Part shown: positions 28,814-38,972 of the stretch, one piece after another
How the letters are laid out: every line of letters begins with the position of its first letter
Numbering within the stretch: position 1 is the first letter of the stretch
The notes under the pieces: generated by a model
The model's database searches: none
Told to the model about the DNA's origin: nothing
The model's input: only the letters and a program-made list of their open reading frames with translations
Assembly: GCA_963732385.1 (NCBI GenBank)
Contig: CAVSZB010000007.1
Coordinates: 704,001 to 768,000, forward strand
DNA length: 64,000 nucleotides
Direction of reading: 5' to 3'
Origin: an uncultured bacterium
GTDB lineage: Bacteria; Krumholzibacteriota; Krumholzibacteriia; LZORAL124-64-63
Translations under genes and position numbers: made by a program

Positions 28814-31690
28814 TCAGGGGGCGCCGAGGAACTCCCTCAACATGGCGCCGGTGTACGAGGCGGGGGCCTTCAGGAGATCGGCGAGACTCCCCTGCGCGAC
28901 GATGCGTCCCCCGCCGCCCCCCCCCTCCGGCCCGATGTCGATCACCCGGTCGGCGCACCGGATGATCTCCGGATGGTGCTCGATGACCACCACGGTGTGC
29001 CCGCGGCCGACCAGCCGCGCCAGCACGTCGAGCAGCCGGTCAACGTCGCAGACGTGCAGGCCGGTGGTCGGCTCGTCGAGGATGTAGAGCGTCCGGCCCT
29101 GTCCGCCGCGCGACAGTTCGCGCGCCAGCTTGAGACGCTGCGCCTCCCCGCCCGACAGTGTCGCGCCCGGCTGTCCGAGGCGCAGGTACCCGAGCCCCAC
29201 GCCGTCGAGCACCTCGAGGATCGCGCGGCAGGCCGGCACCGGTTCGAGCAGGACGCGCGCCGCCTCGACCGGCAGCGCGAGCAGCTCGGCCACGTTCAGC
29301 CCCTTGTAGCGGACCTCCAGGGTCTCGCGGCCGTAGCGGGCGCCGCCGCACTCCTCGCACACCACCTCCACATCGGGCAGGAAATCCATCGTCAGCCGCC
29401 GCACTCCCGCCCCTTCGCACACGGGGCAGCGTCCGCCCGTGGTGTTGAAGCTGAAGTGCCCCGCCCCCCAGCCGCGCATGCGCGCCAGTTCGGTGGCGGC
29501 AAAGAGGGTGCGCACAGGGCTGAACAGTCCGGTGTAGGTGGCGGGGGTGGAGCGCGGGGTGCGCCCGATCGGCGACTGGTCGACCAGCACGACGGAGCGC
29601 AGCTGGTCCTCACCCTCCAGGGAGACGAACGGCTCGGCGCGGGTCCCCGCGCGGTGCAGCCGCCGGGCCAGTTCGAGGTAGAGCGTGTCGTGCACGGCGG
29701 TGCTCTTGCCCGACCCCGATACGCCGGTCACCACGGTCAGCTGTCCGAGCGGGATCTCCAGATCGATCCCCTGCAGATTGCGTCCGGTCAGGCCGCGCAT
29801 CGTGAGCCATCCCGCCGGCGCCGCGCCTGCGCACAGCGGCGTCGCCAGGCGGGGCCGGTCGTCCCCCGCGAGGTAGGCGCCGGTCAGGCTGTCGGGGGTG
29901 GCGGCCACCTCGCGCCAGGTCCCCTGCGCGACGATCCGTCCTCCGTGCTCGCCGGCGCCGGGGCCGAGATCGAGCACATGATCGGCGGCGAGCATGATGT
30001 CGCGGTCGTGCTCCACGACGACCACCGTGTTGCCCCGATCGCGCAGGGCCCGCAGCGTGGCGATGAGCCGCCGGATATCGCGGTGGTGCAGTCCGATGCT
30101 CGGTTCGTCCAGAATGTAGAGGACGCCGGTGAGGCGGGAGCCGACCTGCGTGGCGAGCCGCACCCGTTGCCCCTCGCCGCCCGACAGGGTGGAGGCACCG
30201 CGATCGAGCGACAGGTAGTCCAGCCCCACCTGCGCGAGGAACTGCGCGCGCGACGTCACCTGTTCGAGCACCGGTCCCGCCACGGCGCGCCGCGGCCCGG
30301 GCGGGAACTCCAGGCCGCGCGCCCAGACCAGCAGTTCGTTCACCGGCAGGGCGCCCACCTCGCCGATGTGCAGCCCCCCCACCCGCACCGCCAGCGCTTC
30401 GGGACGCAGCCGGTGCCCGTGGCAGGCGGGACAGGTCTCCTCGGCCATCAGCTTCTCGATGGTGCCGCGCACGCGGTCCGACTTCGTTTCGCGATGGCGC
30501 CGCACCAGTTCGGTCACCAGTCCCGTCCACCCCTGCAAAAACGCCTGATAATGGAGATGGGACTGCAGCCGCTTGTCGAGCGCCGGCGTGAGTCCGTGCA
30601 ACACGACCTGACGGGCCTCGGCCGGCAGGTCCCGCCACGGCGTGTCCAGCCCGCAGCCGAGCGCCCCCGCCAGCGCTTCGATCTGGGTGTAGAGCCAGCC
30701 CGACTCCTTGCCCTTGAGAAAGGCCACTGCGCCGCCCGACAGCGACAGCGCGGGATCGGGCACGAGAGCGTCCCCCCGCACCGTGCGCAGGGAACCCAGG
30801 CCATGACACTCCGGGCAGGAGCCTCGCGGAGAGTTGAAGGAGAACAGCCGCCAGTCCAGTTCGGGAAACGCGCGGGCGCAGCCGGGGCAGGAACTGCGCC
30901 GGCTGTACAATTCGCGCGTCCCCCCTTCACGCTGGACAGTGACCGTGCCGTCGCCCAGCTCCGCGGCGCGGTCGAGCGACGCGCCCAGCCGCGCCTCGAG
31001 GCCTTCACGCACCGTCATCCCGTCCACGACGACCTCGATGTCGTGCCGCTGCGTCGCCGCGAGGGCCGGCACCGCCTCGAGCTCGTGCATCTCGCCGTCG
31101 ATCAGCGCCCGCAGGTGACCCTGCCGCCGCAGATCGTCGAGCAGCTTCTTGTGCGCTCCCTTGCGCCCGCGCACCACCGGCGCCAGGAGCCAGAAGCGGG
31201 TCCCCTCCGGCAGCGCCAGAATGGCGTCGCGGATCTCGGCCAGCGGACGGCTCGCCGCCTCGACGCCGCAGTCGGGGCAGACGACCGTCCCGCAGCGCGC
31301 GTACAGCAGCCGCAGGAAATTGGAGATCTCGGTGATCGTGCCGATGGTCGAGCGCACAGAGGCGCCGAGCCCCTTCTGGTCGATGGCCAGCGCCGGCGAC
31401 AGCCCCTCGATGCGATCCACATCCGGTTTGGGAAGCTGGTCGAGGAACTGGTGCGCGAAACTGGAGAGACTTTCCAGGTAGCGCCGCTGCCCCTCGGCGT
31501 AGAGCGTGTCGAAGGCGAGCGACGACTTGCCCGATCCGCTCGGCCCGGTGATCACGATCAGCCGGCGCCGCGGCAGGACGACATCGATGTTCTTCAGATT
31601 GTGGACGCGGACCCCGCGGGCCGTGATGCGGCCGGCGTCCACGGCGGGGGGCTGATCCTCGTCGTCGTCCCCGTGGGGCAGGGTTGGCAT
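28814..31690 (-). CDS. uvrA: Excinuclease ABC subunit UvrA
   Basis: [48 protein letters not shown], second Walker [21 protein letters not shown], Zn fingers. Confidence 0.96.
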   Translation of the reverse strand: MPTLPHGDDDEDQPPAVDAGRITARGVRVHNLKNIDVVLPRRRLIVITGPSGSGKSSLAFDTLYAEGQRRYLESLSSFAHQFLDQLPKPDVDRIEGLSPALAIDQKGLGASVRSTIGTITEISNFLRLLYARCGTVVCPDCGVEAASRPLAEIRDAILALPEGTRFWLLAPVVRGRKGAHKKLLDDLRRQGHLRALIDGEMHELEAVPALAATQRHDIEVVVDGMTVREGLEARLGASLDRAAELGDGTVTVQREGGTRELYSRRSSCPGCARAFPELDWRLFSFNSPRGSCPECHGLGSLRTVRGDALVPDPALSLSGGAVAFLKGKESGWLYTQIEALAGALGCGLDTPWRDLPAEARQVVLHGLTPALDKRLQSHLHYQAFLQGWTGLVTELVRRHRETKSDRVRGTIEKLMAEETCPACHGHRLRPEALAVRVGGLHIGEVGALPVNELLVWARGLEFPPGPRRAVAGPVLEQVTSRAQFLAQVGLDYLSLDRGASTLSGGEGQRVRLATQVGSRLTGVLYILDEPSIGLHHRDIRRLIATLRALRDRGNTVVVVEHDRDIMLAADHVLDLGPGAGEHGGRIVAQGTWREVAATPDSLTGAYLAGDDRPRLATPLCAGAAPAGWLTMRGLTGRNLQGIDLEIPLGQLTVVTGVSGSGKSTAVHDTLYLELARRLHRAGTRAEPFVSLEGEDQLRSVVLVDQSPIGRTPRSTPATYTGLFSPVRTLFAATELARMRGWGAGHFSFNTTGGRCPVCEGAGVRRLTMDFLPDVEVVCEECGGARYGRETLEVRYKGLNVAELLALPVEAARVLLEPVPACRAILEVLDGVGLGYLRLGQPGATLSGGEAQRLKLARELSRGGQGRTLYILDEPTTGLHVCDVDRLLDVLARLVGRGHTVVVIEHHPEIIRCADRVIDIGPEGGGGGGRIVAQGSLADLLKAPASYTGAMLREFLGAP

Positions 31691-31920
31691 GCGCGCTCCC
31701 GGCGGCACGGCGCAACGGACAATCTGCCGCCCCGCCGCCGATGGTGTATGGATAGAGGCCCACGTCGGGCGCGGCAGGACGCGCGCGCCCGCGGACAGAA
31801 CCGCTACACGTACCGCGAAACGCCGGCCCCGTCAATACGGCGGCCGCGCCGCGCGCGGTTGCCCGTGCCTCGCGGCGGCGCCGGCGGCGGGACTCCCGAC
31901 CGCCGATCGTCGCCTCAGTT

Positions 31921-31937
31921 CTGGCACGACGGTTGCG
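31921..31937 (+). promoter_or_regulatory. Sigma-54 (-24/-12) promoter upstream of the SPFH operon
   Basis: CTGGCACGACGGTTGCG = TGGCAC-N5-TTGC consensus, about 100 nt before ATG 32040. Confidence 0.75.
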
Positions 31938-32039
31938 TTCTCCCCCGCCGCGACCGTGCGACCGCCGCGACTCCCGCGACGGTCGACCCTATTCTGGCGA
32001 TCCGCAACGCGCGCCAGGCGCCCACCGGGAGTGAGAGTA

Positions 32040-33047
32040 ATGTCCGAATTCATGGAGATCATCGAGTGGTTCGACGAGAGCGGCGAAGGCATGGCCCACC
32101 GCTTCCCCCAGGACGGATCGGGGGCCCTCAAGATGGGCGCGCAGTTGATCGTGCGCGAGAGCCAGGAAGCGGTGTTCTTCAAGGACGGACACGCTCTGGA
32201 CCGCTTCGTCGCCGGTCGCTGGACCCTCAGCACCGCCAACCTGCCTCTGATCACCTCGGCCCTTTCGCTGCCGTGGGGCTTCCGTTCCCCCTTCCGGGCG
32301 GAGGTCGTGTTCGTCAACCGCAAGACCTTCACCGACCTGCGTTGGGGCACCTCCGAGCCGGTCATTTTCCGCGATCGCGAACTCGGCCACGTGCGGCTGC
32401 GCGCCTTCGGAAATTGCACGCTGCGGGTGGACGACAGCGTCGCGTTCGTCAATCGTCTGGTGGGCACCACCGGGCATTTTGCAACGCCGCAACTGTCCGA
32501 ACTGCTGCGCGACATCATCGTCGCCCGCCTGAACGACTATCTGGGGGAAACACTCGACAGCGTGCTCTCGCTCCCGTCCATCTACGACGAGACCGCCGCC
32601 GCCGTGACCGTGCGGCTGGCGCCCGACCTGGCGCGCTTCGGGCTGGTCCTCGACGGCTTCTGGATCCAGGCGATCACCCCGCCCGATGAAGTGCAGCAGA
32701 TGGTCGATCGTCAGGGCGGTCTCGCCCTCGTGCATGACATGCCGGCCTACCTCCAGTATCAGATGGCGACGGCCATCGGGCGTGAGCAACCGGCCGGCGC
32801 GGGCGACCAGTTGATCAACGCCGGTCTGGGGGTCGGTGTCGGCATGCTGGTGCCCGGAATGGTTCGCGAAGCGATGCACGGCGGCGCGGCCGGCGGCGCC
32901 GCCGCAACGGCCACCGCCCCCGCGACCGGCGCGGCCGGCGACGCCTCAGCCGGCGGTCCGTTCTGCGCCGCCTGCGGGGGAACCCTGCCGGCGGCGGCCC
33001 GCTTCTGCCCCCTCTGCGGCCGCGCCCAGGGCGGTCCGGCGGCATGA
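32040..33047 (+). CDS. SPFH-domain protein (YdjI-like) with C-terminal Zn ribbon
   Basis: GAQLIVRESQEAVFFKDG, LSTANLP, SPFRAEVVF, WGT-x2-P, RAFG; C-terminal CAACG...FCPLCG. Confidence 0.9.
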   Translation: MSEFMEIIEWFDESGEGMAHRFPQDGSGALKMGAQLIVRESQEAVFFKDGHALDRFVAGRWTLSTANLPLITSALSLPWGFRSPFRAEVVFVNRKTFTDLRWGTSEPVIFRDRELGHVRLRAFGNCTLRVDDSVAFVNRLVGTTGHFATPQLSELLRDIIVARLNDYLGETLDSVLSLPSIYDETAAAVTVRLAPDLARFGLVLDGFWIQAITPPDEVQQMVDRQGGLALVHDMPAYLQYQMATAIGREQPAGAGDQLINAGLGVGVGMLVPGMVREAMHGGAAGGAAATATAPATGAAGDASAGGPFCAACGGTLPAAARFCPLCGRAQGGPAA

Positions 33048-33856
33048 TCCCCGCCCCCCCCGGCGCCTGCCCCGCGTGCGGGGCGCCGCTGCCGGCGCCG
33101 GTGGGAGGCGCGCGCGTGCGGTGCGGCTGGTGCGGCGCCGACACGCAGCTCGGCGCTCCGCCGGCGACGCGCCGGCTGCTGCTCGCCGACGAGGGGGACC
33201 AGGCCGAAGCGGCGGCGCTTTTGGCCCAGCACCTCGCCGCCCGGTTCCGCGCCCCCGCCACCGTGCGCGGAGGCGGCTCAACCCGCTGGGCGCCATTCTG
33301 GTCGGTGGTGACAGCCGACGGCGAACTGCTCACCGGCCCCGCCACACGCGAGGAGAACGCGCTGCTGCGCCGGGTGTCCGTGCCGGCGCTGCCGGCCCGC
33401 CCGCTCGCCGACACGGAGTCCTCCCCCAACGGCGGCTGCCCGCAGGATCTCCCGCTCGACGAGTTCCTCGCCACGCTCCGCGCGCGGACGACCACCGCTC
33501 CGTTGGCGCTTGAACGAGCCTGGCTGGTCTGGGTGCCGGTGCGCTTCTGGCAGGTGCGCATCGGAACGCGCGGCACGCGCGCCGTCACCGTGGCCGACCT
33601 GACGCAGCCGGTGCTCGCCCCGCTACCGGAGACGGAGCCGCCGGCGCGCCTGCGTTGGGCGGTCCTGGCGCCGCTGGCCGCCTGGACCGCCTGTCTGGTG
33701 CTGCTCGGACGCCTGCTGCCGCTGGCGCTTCACCTGCCGGCGACGGCGCTGCTGTTCGTTCTGGCGCTCTGGGCATGGCGCGGACCGGTCTCACCGCCGG
33801 CGGGCGCGGGAATGGGCCACCGCACGGCGCCGGTCGATCGGGGGCGGCAGCCATGA
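33044..33856 (+). CDS. Zn-ribbon membrane protein (YdjG-like paralogue 1)
   Basis: CPACG...CGWCG, WAPFW, LVWVPV, two C-terminal hydrophobic segments; ATGA overlap with the SPFH gene. Confidence 0.7.
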   Translation: MIPAPPGACPACGAPLPAPVGGARVRCGWCGADTQLGAPPATRRLLLADEGDQAEAAALLAQHLAARFRAPATVRGGGSTRWAPFWSVVTADGELLTGPATREENALLRRVSVPALPARPLADTESSPNGGCPQDLPLDEFLATLRARTTTAPLALERAWLVWVPVRFWQVRIGTRGTRAVTVADLTQPVLAPLPETEPPARLRWAVLAPLAAWTACLVLLGRLLPLALHLPATALLFVLALWAWRGPVSPPAGAGMGHRTAPVDRGRQP

Positions 33857-34965
33857 CCCCGGCGCTGCCCGAACCGACCGGCCTGCCCACTCTGGGCTGC
33901 CCCAGTTGCGGCGGCCAGACGCGGCCCGGCCCCGGCGGGCGCTTCGACTGCGTCTACTGCGGCGGCCGCTTCCTCGCGGCGGGCGACCCCGGCGTGCCGA
34001 CGCTCACGCCACGACGCCACCTCGGCGCGGCCACCGCCTTCCACGCGGCCCGGACCTGGCTGCGCGAACAGGAGATCCTGGCCGACCAGCCGCCGCGTCC
34101 CGGGGCGATCAACCTGTTGTTCGTGCCGTACTGGCGATACGCGGCCCTGCTGAGCGGCTGGGCGCTGACCCGTCCGGCGCGCGAGAAGAGGGTCGCGGCA
34201 GCCCACGACCACGTCAACAGCACCTCCCGAGGCAATGGCGATGCCGCGCCACTGGCCGCCCTGCTCGGGCGCGCCGGACGCCGCGAAGAGGAGGCTCGTC
34301 TGGCGGCCTTTCTGGCCACGCCCCGCGCCATCGCGGCCGTCGCCGCGGAGACGACCGCGGCGACGCACCCGGAGCCGTACACGAGCGCCCTGCTCAAGCC
34401 GGTCGCCTGGAGCGGTCCCGCCTGCGACGTGCGGGAGTTCGGTCTGGTCGGCGTGCACCAACTGGTGGACGAAGCGCAGCTGGTGCCGTTCGATTTCGCG
34501 GCGGCGGAGCGGACCGGCGCGGTCTGCCAGGTGCATGGCAACATCGCCGCCGTCCGGAGACAGGCGGAGAGGGCGGTGCTCAACCAGCTGGTCGGCAGCC
34601 ACCGCGTGCTGCGCCGCCGCGCCAGCTTCGTGCGGGAACAGGTGGCGCTGATCTACTACCCGTTGCACATCTTCAAGTACGCGGCGCACGGCCTGCGCTG
34701 CCGGCTCGTGCTCGACGGCGTGCGCGGTCACGTGCTGGCCGGGACGCGCCCGGCGGCCACCGGCGACGGCGCCTGGCGACTGCTCGGCGGCCTGTCGCTC
34801 TGGAGTTGTCTCTGGGCGGCCAGCCCGACCGGGGGGCTCGGCAGCCTGCCGCTGCTCTGGATGCTCGATGCCCGCGCGCGCGCCACTGTCGCCTCGCCCC
34901 GCGCGCTGGCGTTGCGCGCGCAGGAGACCCTGGCGCCCCCGCGCCGGATCGTGGAGTCGTTCTGA
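33853..34965 (+). CDS. Zn-ribbon protein (YdjG-like paralogue 2)
   Basis: CPSCGG...CVYCG, LLFVPYWRY, LIYYPLHIFKY...LVLDGVRGHV, C-terminal hydrophobic segment; ATGA overlap. Confidence 0.75.
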   Translation: MTPALPEPTGLPTLGCPSCGGQTRPGPGGRFDCVYCGGRFLAAGDPGVPTLTPRRHLGAATAFHAARTWLREQEILADQPPRPGAINLLFVPYWRYAALLSGWALTRPAREKRVAAAHDHVNSTSRGNGDAAPLAALLGRAGRREEEARLAAFLATPRAIAAVAAETTAATHPEPYTSALLKPVAWSGPACDVREFGLVGVHQLVDEAQLVPFDFAAAERTGAVCQVHGNIAAVRRQAERAVLNQLVGSHRVLRRRASFVREQVALIYYPLHIFKYAAHGLRCRLVLDGVRGHVLAGTRPAATGDGAWRLLGGLSLWSCLWAASPTGGLGSLPLLWMLDARARATVASPRALALRAQETLAPPRRIVESF

Positions 34966-34980
34966 CGGAAGGAACCGGCC

Positions 34981-35760
34981 GTGCCGCTCGTGCGTCTGGC
35001 ATGCTCCCACTGCGGCGGCGATCTGCCCGCCACCCCCGACGCCGTGCTGTTCGCCTGCCCCGTCTGCGGGAGAGCCAGCGCGCTGGCGAACGGCCGACTG
35101 GCCCCCGCGCCGACCGCCAGCGTGCCGATCCGGCTGCCGACCTCCATGGGCGCCACCGGGCACTACCCCTGCTGGATCTTTCCGGTCACGTGGGCCGAGA
35201 CGCCGTTCGGAGTTCCGACATCCGGCGGAGCAGCCTCCTGGCGCCGGCCGGACCGGATCGTCGTGCCGTCGCTGGCGCCCGAGACTGGCGGCGCCTACCT
35301 GCGGCTGGCGCGCGCGCTGTCGTTGTCCGCCAGCAGCTGGTCGCCCGTGAACACACCGCTGCGTGACGCGACGGGAGGACAGATCGGCGAGGCGGAGGCG
35401 GCGCGCATGCTGGTGACCGTGGCCCTCGCCTGCGTGCCGTCGGCGTTGCGCCGGAAGCTGCTGGAAGCGGACACGCCCCCCCTGAGCGCCGGACCGGCCA
35501 CCCTCGCCTGGCTGCCGTTCGCCCACGCCGGCGGACGCCTGCTCGACCTCGTCGCGGGAATCGAAGTGACCGACCGTCTGCTGGGCGCGACGCCGCCGGT
35601 GACTGCGAACGCCCCTGCTTCACACTCCGCGCCACCCGCCCGCGACACGCGCGTCCCCTCCCCCGGCACCAACGCGACGGCGCCGGTCTCCAGGGGGAAA
35701 ACCGGCGCCGCCACGGCGCCGCGCGAGTTGGAACCGGTCGGTCCCTCCCGCGCGCGGTGA
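34981..35760 (+). CDS. Zn-ribbon protein (YdjG-like paralogue 3)
   Basis: CSHCGG...CPVCG, HYPCWIF, LAWLPF...LLDLVAG; GGAAGG upstream. Confidence 0.7.
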   Translation: MPLVRLACSHCGGDLPATPDAVLFACPVCGRASALANGRLAPAPTASVPIRLPTSMGATGHYPCWIFPVTWAETPFGVPTSGGAASWRRPDRIVVPSLAPETGGAYLRLARALSLSASSWSPVNTPLRDATGGQIGEAEAARMLVTVALACVPSALRRKLLEADTPPLSAGPATLAWLPFAHAGGRLLDLVAGIEVTDRLLGATPPVTANAPASHSAPPARDTRVPSPGTNATAPVSRGKTGAATAPRELEPVGPSRAR

Positions 35761-35772
35761 TGCAGCGGGCTC

Positions 35773-36603
35773 TCAGCCGCCCGCTTTACCCGCCGCGACC
35801 CACGCCGCCTGCTCCGCGGCCGTCAACCCGGCCGTGCCGGTCACGATCGTCATTTTCCTGATGTGGCAGGGCCGCACGGGACTGCTGGGCGCGCCGCACT
35901 CGGCATTGACGATCCGGTCAACGACCGGCATCCCGATCACGACCCGCCCGAAGATCGTGTACTGCTTGTCCAGGTACGCAGCATCGTCCACACAGATGAA
36001 GAACTGGCTGCCGGCGGTGTCGGGGTTGTTCGTGCGCGCCATCGACAGGGTGCCGCGCACGTGGCGGGCGGTCGGTGAAAACTCCGCCTTCAGGAAGGCC
36101 GACTCCGGCCGCAGCCAGACATAGCCCTTCTTCGCGAGCAGCTTGTCGGCGGCCGCCACCTTCTGCCGGGACGCCGCCGAGGTGTCGGCGCCCGCGCCGC
36201 GCAGCGGGCGGGCCGCATCCACCACCGCCAGATCCTCCTTCGTCAGCACGTCGGCCCAGGTCGGGCCGCCCATGCCATCGTCACCGCGCTCGGCATTGCG
36301 GGTGTTGGGATCCCCGCCCTGGATCATGAAGCCGGGAATCACCCGGTGGAAATAGCAGCCATCGTAAAAGCCCTTGCGCGCCAGGTGCGTGAAGTTGGCC
36401 ACGTGGTGCGGCGCCTGCTCCGGCTGCAGCACGAGCAGGATGCTGCCCGAATCGGTGTCGCAGCGGGCGAACAGCGGCTCGGCGGCGACGGCCGGGGCGA
36501 CCGCCGCCAGCAGGGCCAGCACGCACGCCGTCAGCGCGGCGCGCCCCGCGCGCGTCCGCAGGGCGGGGGAAGGTTCCGGCAGGGTTGGCTGAAAAACACG
36601 CAT
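35773..36603 (-). CDS. Exported cyclophilin-type peptidyl-prolyl isomerase
   Basis: FYDGCYFHRVIPGFMIQGGDP, GTLSMAR, AGSQFFI, YTIFGRV; signal peptide; insertion after GGP. Confidence 0.93.
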   Translation of the reverse strand: MRVFQPTLPEPSPALRTRAGRAALTACVLALLAAVAPAVAAEPLFARCDTDSGSILLVLQPEQAPHHVANFTHLARKGFYDGCYFHRVIPGFMIQGGDPNTRNAERGDDGMGGPTWADVLTKEDLAVVDAARPLRGAGADTSAASRQKVAAADKLLAKKGYVWLRPESAFLKAEFSPTARHVRGTLSMARTNNPDTAGSQFFICVDDAAYLDKQYTIFGRVVIGMPVVDRIVNAECGAPSSPVRPCHIRKMTIVTGTAGLTAAEQAAWVAAGKAGG

Positions 36604-36657
36604 GATCTTCCTCCGATTTGACTCGTGAACGCGGCGGCCCCGCCGCCGACCCTGCGC

Positions 36658-36686
36658 ATGCTAGCCGCGACGCGCGCCGCCCGCAA
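36658..36686 (-). promoter_or_regulatory. Candidate sigma-70 promoter for the cyclophilin gene
   Basis: TTGCGG-N17-TAGCAT on the minus strand. Confidence 0.45.
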
Positions 36687-36767
36687 GCGCCGGCCGTCTC
36701 CGCGCGTTGACTCGGCTAGAAAAGGACTTCTTTCGTCGTCGCTCCCGCGGCGCCCGCCGCTCGACCC

Positions 36768-36796
36768 TTGCCCGCGCGACCGGCAAAACGCATACT
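36768..36796 (+). promoter_or_regulatory. Candidate sigma-70 promoter for the desulfurase gene
   Basis: TTGCCC-N17-CATACT. Confidence 0.5.
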
Positions 36797-36845
36797 GAGC
36801 GCGAGCGGAAACTCGACTGTCACACCGGCCGCGCAAGGAGACGTG

Positions 36846-38030
36846 ATGCCCGAGATCCACTACCTCGACAATGCCGCCACGGTCTTCCCCAAGCCGGACA
36901 GCGTCTGCGAAGCGATGACCTCCTTCTACCGCCGGCTCGGCGTGAACCCCGGGCGTTCCGGCTACGATCTGGCCGTCGAGGCGGGGCTCGTCGTCGATGC
37001 CGCACGGCGCGCGCTCGACGGATTCTTCCACAATCCGGCGCGCGACCACAACCGCCTGATCTTCGCGGCCAACGCCTCGGACGCGCTCAACATCCTCATC
37101 CAGGGACTCGTGCGGCCCGGCGACCACGTCGTTTCCACGCGGCTCGAGCACAATTCCGTGCTGCGCCCCCTGTACGTGCTGGAAGACGACGGCGTCATCA
37201 CCCACGATCTCGTGCCGTTCGACGGCAACGGCTTCGTCGACCCCGACGAGATCGCGCGGCACATCCGCACCGAGACCCGTCTCGTGATCGTCAACCACGG
37301 TTCGAACGTGCTCGGCACGGTGCAGCCGGTGGCCGAGATCGGGCGGATCTGCCGCGAACGCGGCGTGCTGTTCGCGATCGACTCCGCCCAGACGGCCGGC
37401 CTCGTGCCGATCGACATGGAGTCGATGCAGATCGACGTGGTGGCGTTCACCGGGCACAAGTCGCTGCTCGGACCGACCGGCATCGGCGGCCTCGCCGTCG
37501 GCCCGGACGTGCCGATCCGCAGCACGCGCTGGGGCGGCACCGGCGTCAGGTCGGCGGTGCGCCGCCACCTCGACGAGTTCCCCTACCGCTGCGAGGTCGG
37601 CACCCTCAACACGATCGGCATCGCCGGACTGCTGGCGGGACACGACTGGCTGGCCGAGCGCGGCCTCGCGACGATCCGCACGCATGAGATGGAACTGACG
37701 CGCCTGCTGGCCGAGGGGTTGCTCGCGCTCGACGGGGTGCGCGTCTACTGCGCCGGGTGGGACGAGCGGCACCTGCCGGTCGTGCTCTGCAACATCGACA
37801 ATCTGGAAGCGGGCGAGGCCGGCACGATCCTCGACGTGCAGTACGACATCGCGGTGCGCTCCGGCCTGCACTGCGCCCCGCTGGCGCATGAGGGGATCGG
37901 CACGGCGCCGCTGGGGGCCGTGCGTTTCAGCGTCGGTCCGTTCAATGTCCGCGCGGACATCGACGCTGCGCTCGCGGCGATGCGGGAAATCACGGTCACT
38001 TTCGCGGCGAAAGGCCGGCGCAAGGCGTAA
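36846..38030 (+). CDS. Cysteine desulfurase-like class V PLP aminotransferase
   Basis: YLDNAATVFPKP, LEHNSVLRP, DSAQTAG, TGHKSLLGP, VRSGLHCAPLAH. Confidence 0.92.
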   Translation: MPEIHYLDNAATVFPKPDSVCEAMTSFYRRLGVNPGRSGYDLAVEAGLVVDAARRALDGFFHNPARDHNRLIFAANASDALNILIQGLVRPGDHVVSTRLEHNSVLRPLYVLEDDGVITHDLVPFDGNGFVDPDEIARHIRTETRLVIVNHGSNVLGTVQPVAEIGRICRERGVLFAIDSAQTAGLVPIDMESMQIDVVAFTGHKSLLGPTGIGGLAVGPDVPIRSTRWGGTGVRSAVRRHLDEFPYRCEVGTLNTIGIAGLLAGHDWLAERGLATIRTHEMELTRLLAEGLLALDGVRVYCAGWDERHLPVVLCNIDNLEAGEAGTILDVQYDIAVRSGLHCAPLAHEGIGTAPLGAVRFSVGPFNVRADIDAALAAMREITVTFAAKGRRKA

Positions 38031-38058
38031 CCGGCGCCCCGCGCACCGGCGCGCGGCG

Positions 38059-38100
38059 AAAAAACGCGGGGCCGCCCCGGAAGGCGGCCCCGCTTCGCTT
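38059..38100. terminator. Intrinsic terminator between convergent genes
   Basis: 11-bp stem gcggggccgcc/ggcggccccgc (38066-38093) with an A6 run on the left, i.e. a U-tract on the minus strand. Confidence 0.8.
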
Positions 38101-38118
38101 TGCCCGCAGCAGCGTGCG

Positions 38119-38769
38119 CTACCGGTTCGGCTTGTGCATGACGATCTGCACGAAGCGGTTGTTGGCGCGCCCGGCGTCGGTGTCGTTGCTGTCCACCGGC
38201 CGATACGGGCCATAGCTGACCGCGGCGAAACGCTTCGGGTCGAGCTTGAGCACTTCGGTCAGGTGGCGCACCACGGAGCAGGCGCGGTAGGAACCGAGTT
38301 CCCAGTTGCTCCCCCAACGCTCGAGGTAGTCGTTCTTGATCAGCTTGGTGTCGGTATATCCCTCGACGTAGACGTCCCAATCGGCATGCTGACCGATGGC
38401 GCCGGCGATGGCCTCCAGGGTCGGCTTCATCTCGCTGCGGATCTTGTCGGAGCCGGACTTGAACACCAGCCGGTCGGGCAGGCGGATCATCACGGTCTCG
38501 TTCATCTGCTCGACCAGGACCGCCTTGTCAGCCTCGCACTTCTTCAGGCCGGCCCGGACCTCGTCGGCCAGCCTCTGGCAGTCGCTGACCGCGGTTTCCC
38601 GGCTGCTCAACTGGGTCTGCAGGTCGGCCACCTGGGCGTCGAGTTCGAGGACGCGCGCCTTGAACTCCTTGCAGGAACTGCAGCCCGCGAGCCCGGTCAC
38701 CGCGAACACAAGCGCGCAGATGGCACCGGCTCTGCCGACCGCGAGGAGGGTACGTTTCGAATCGTTCAT
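38119..38769 (-). CDS. OmpA/MotB-family peptidoglycan-binding lipoprotein
   Basis: Lipobox LAG-C, coiled coil, LVFKSGS, VEGYTD, SNWELGSYRA, NNRFVQI. Confidence 0.88.
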   Translation of the reverse strand: MNDSKRTLLAVGRAGAICALVFAVTGLAGCSSCKEFKARVLELDAQVADLQTQLSSRETAVSDCQRLADEVRAGLKKCEADKAVLVEQMNETVMIRLPDRLVFKSGSDKIRSEMKPTLEAIAGAIGQHADWDVYVEGYTDTKLIKNDYLERWGSNWELGSYRACSVVRHLTEVLKLDPKRFAAVSYGPYRPVDSNDTDAGRANNRFVQIVMHKPNR

Positions 38770-38972
38770 GATCCTCTCCTTTTCACCCCTGGCGCCAGCA
38801 CCAGGGCCACCAATGGCTCCAGCCGCCGCCATGCTTTGATACCTGTCTTCGCATTCATATCGGCACCGGCGACCCGGACTGAAGCGGGTCTCCGGAGCGG
38901 GGGAAATGCAAAAATAGCGGAACGGCCCGGGCTGGCAAGACATATTCATCGCAACACGACAACAGTAATCCC

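Noticed and set aside
31691..31920. LexA/SOS box upstream of uvrA
   Set aside because: No CTGT-N8-ACAG or GAAC-N4-GTTC site recognised; the lineage-specific motif is unknown.
27878..32689. 1603-aa plus-strand ORF
   Set aside because: Mostly antisense to gcvT and uvrA, with no recognisable motifs; expected shadow ORF in high-GC DNA.
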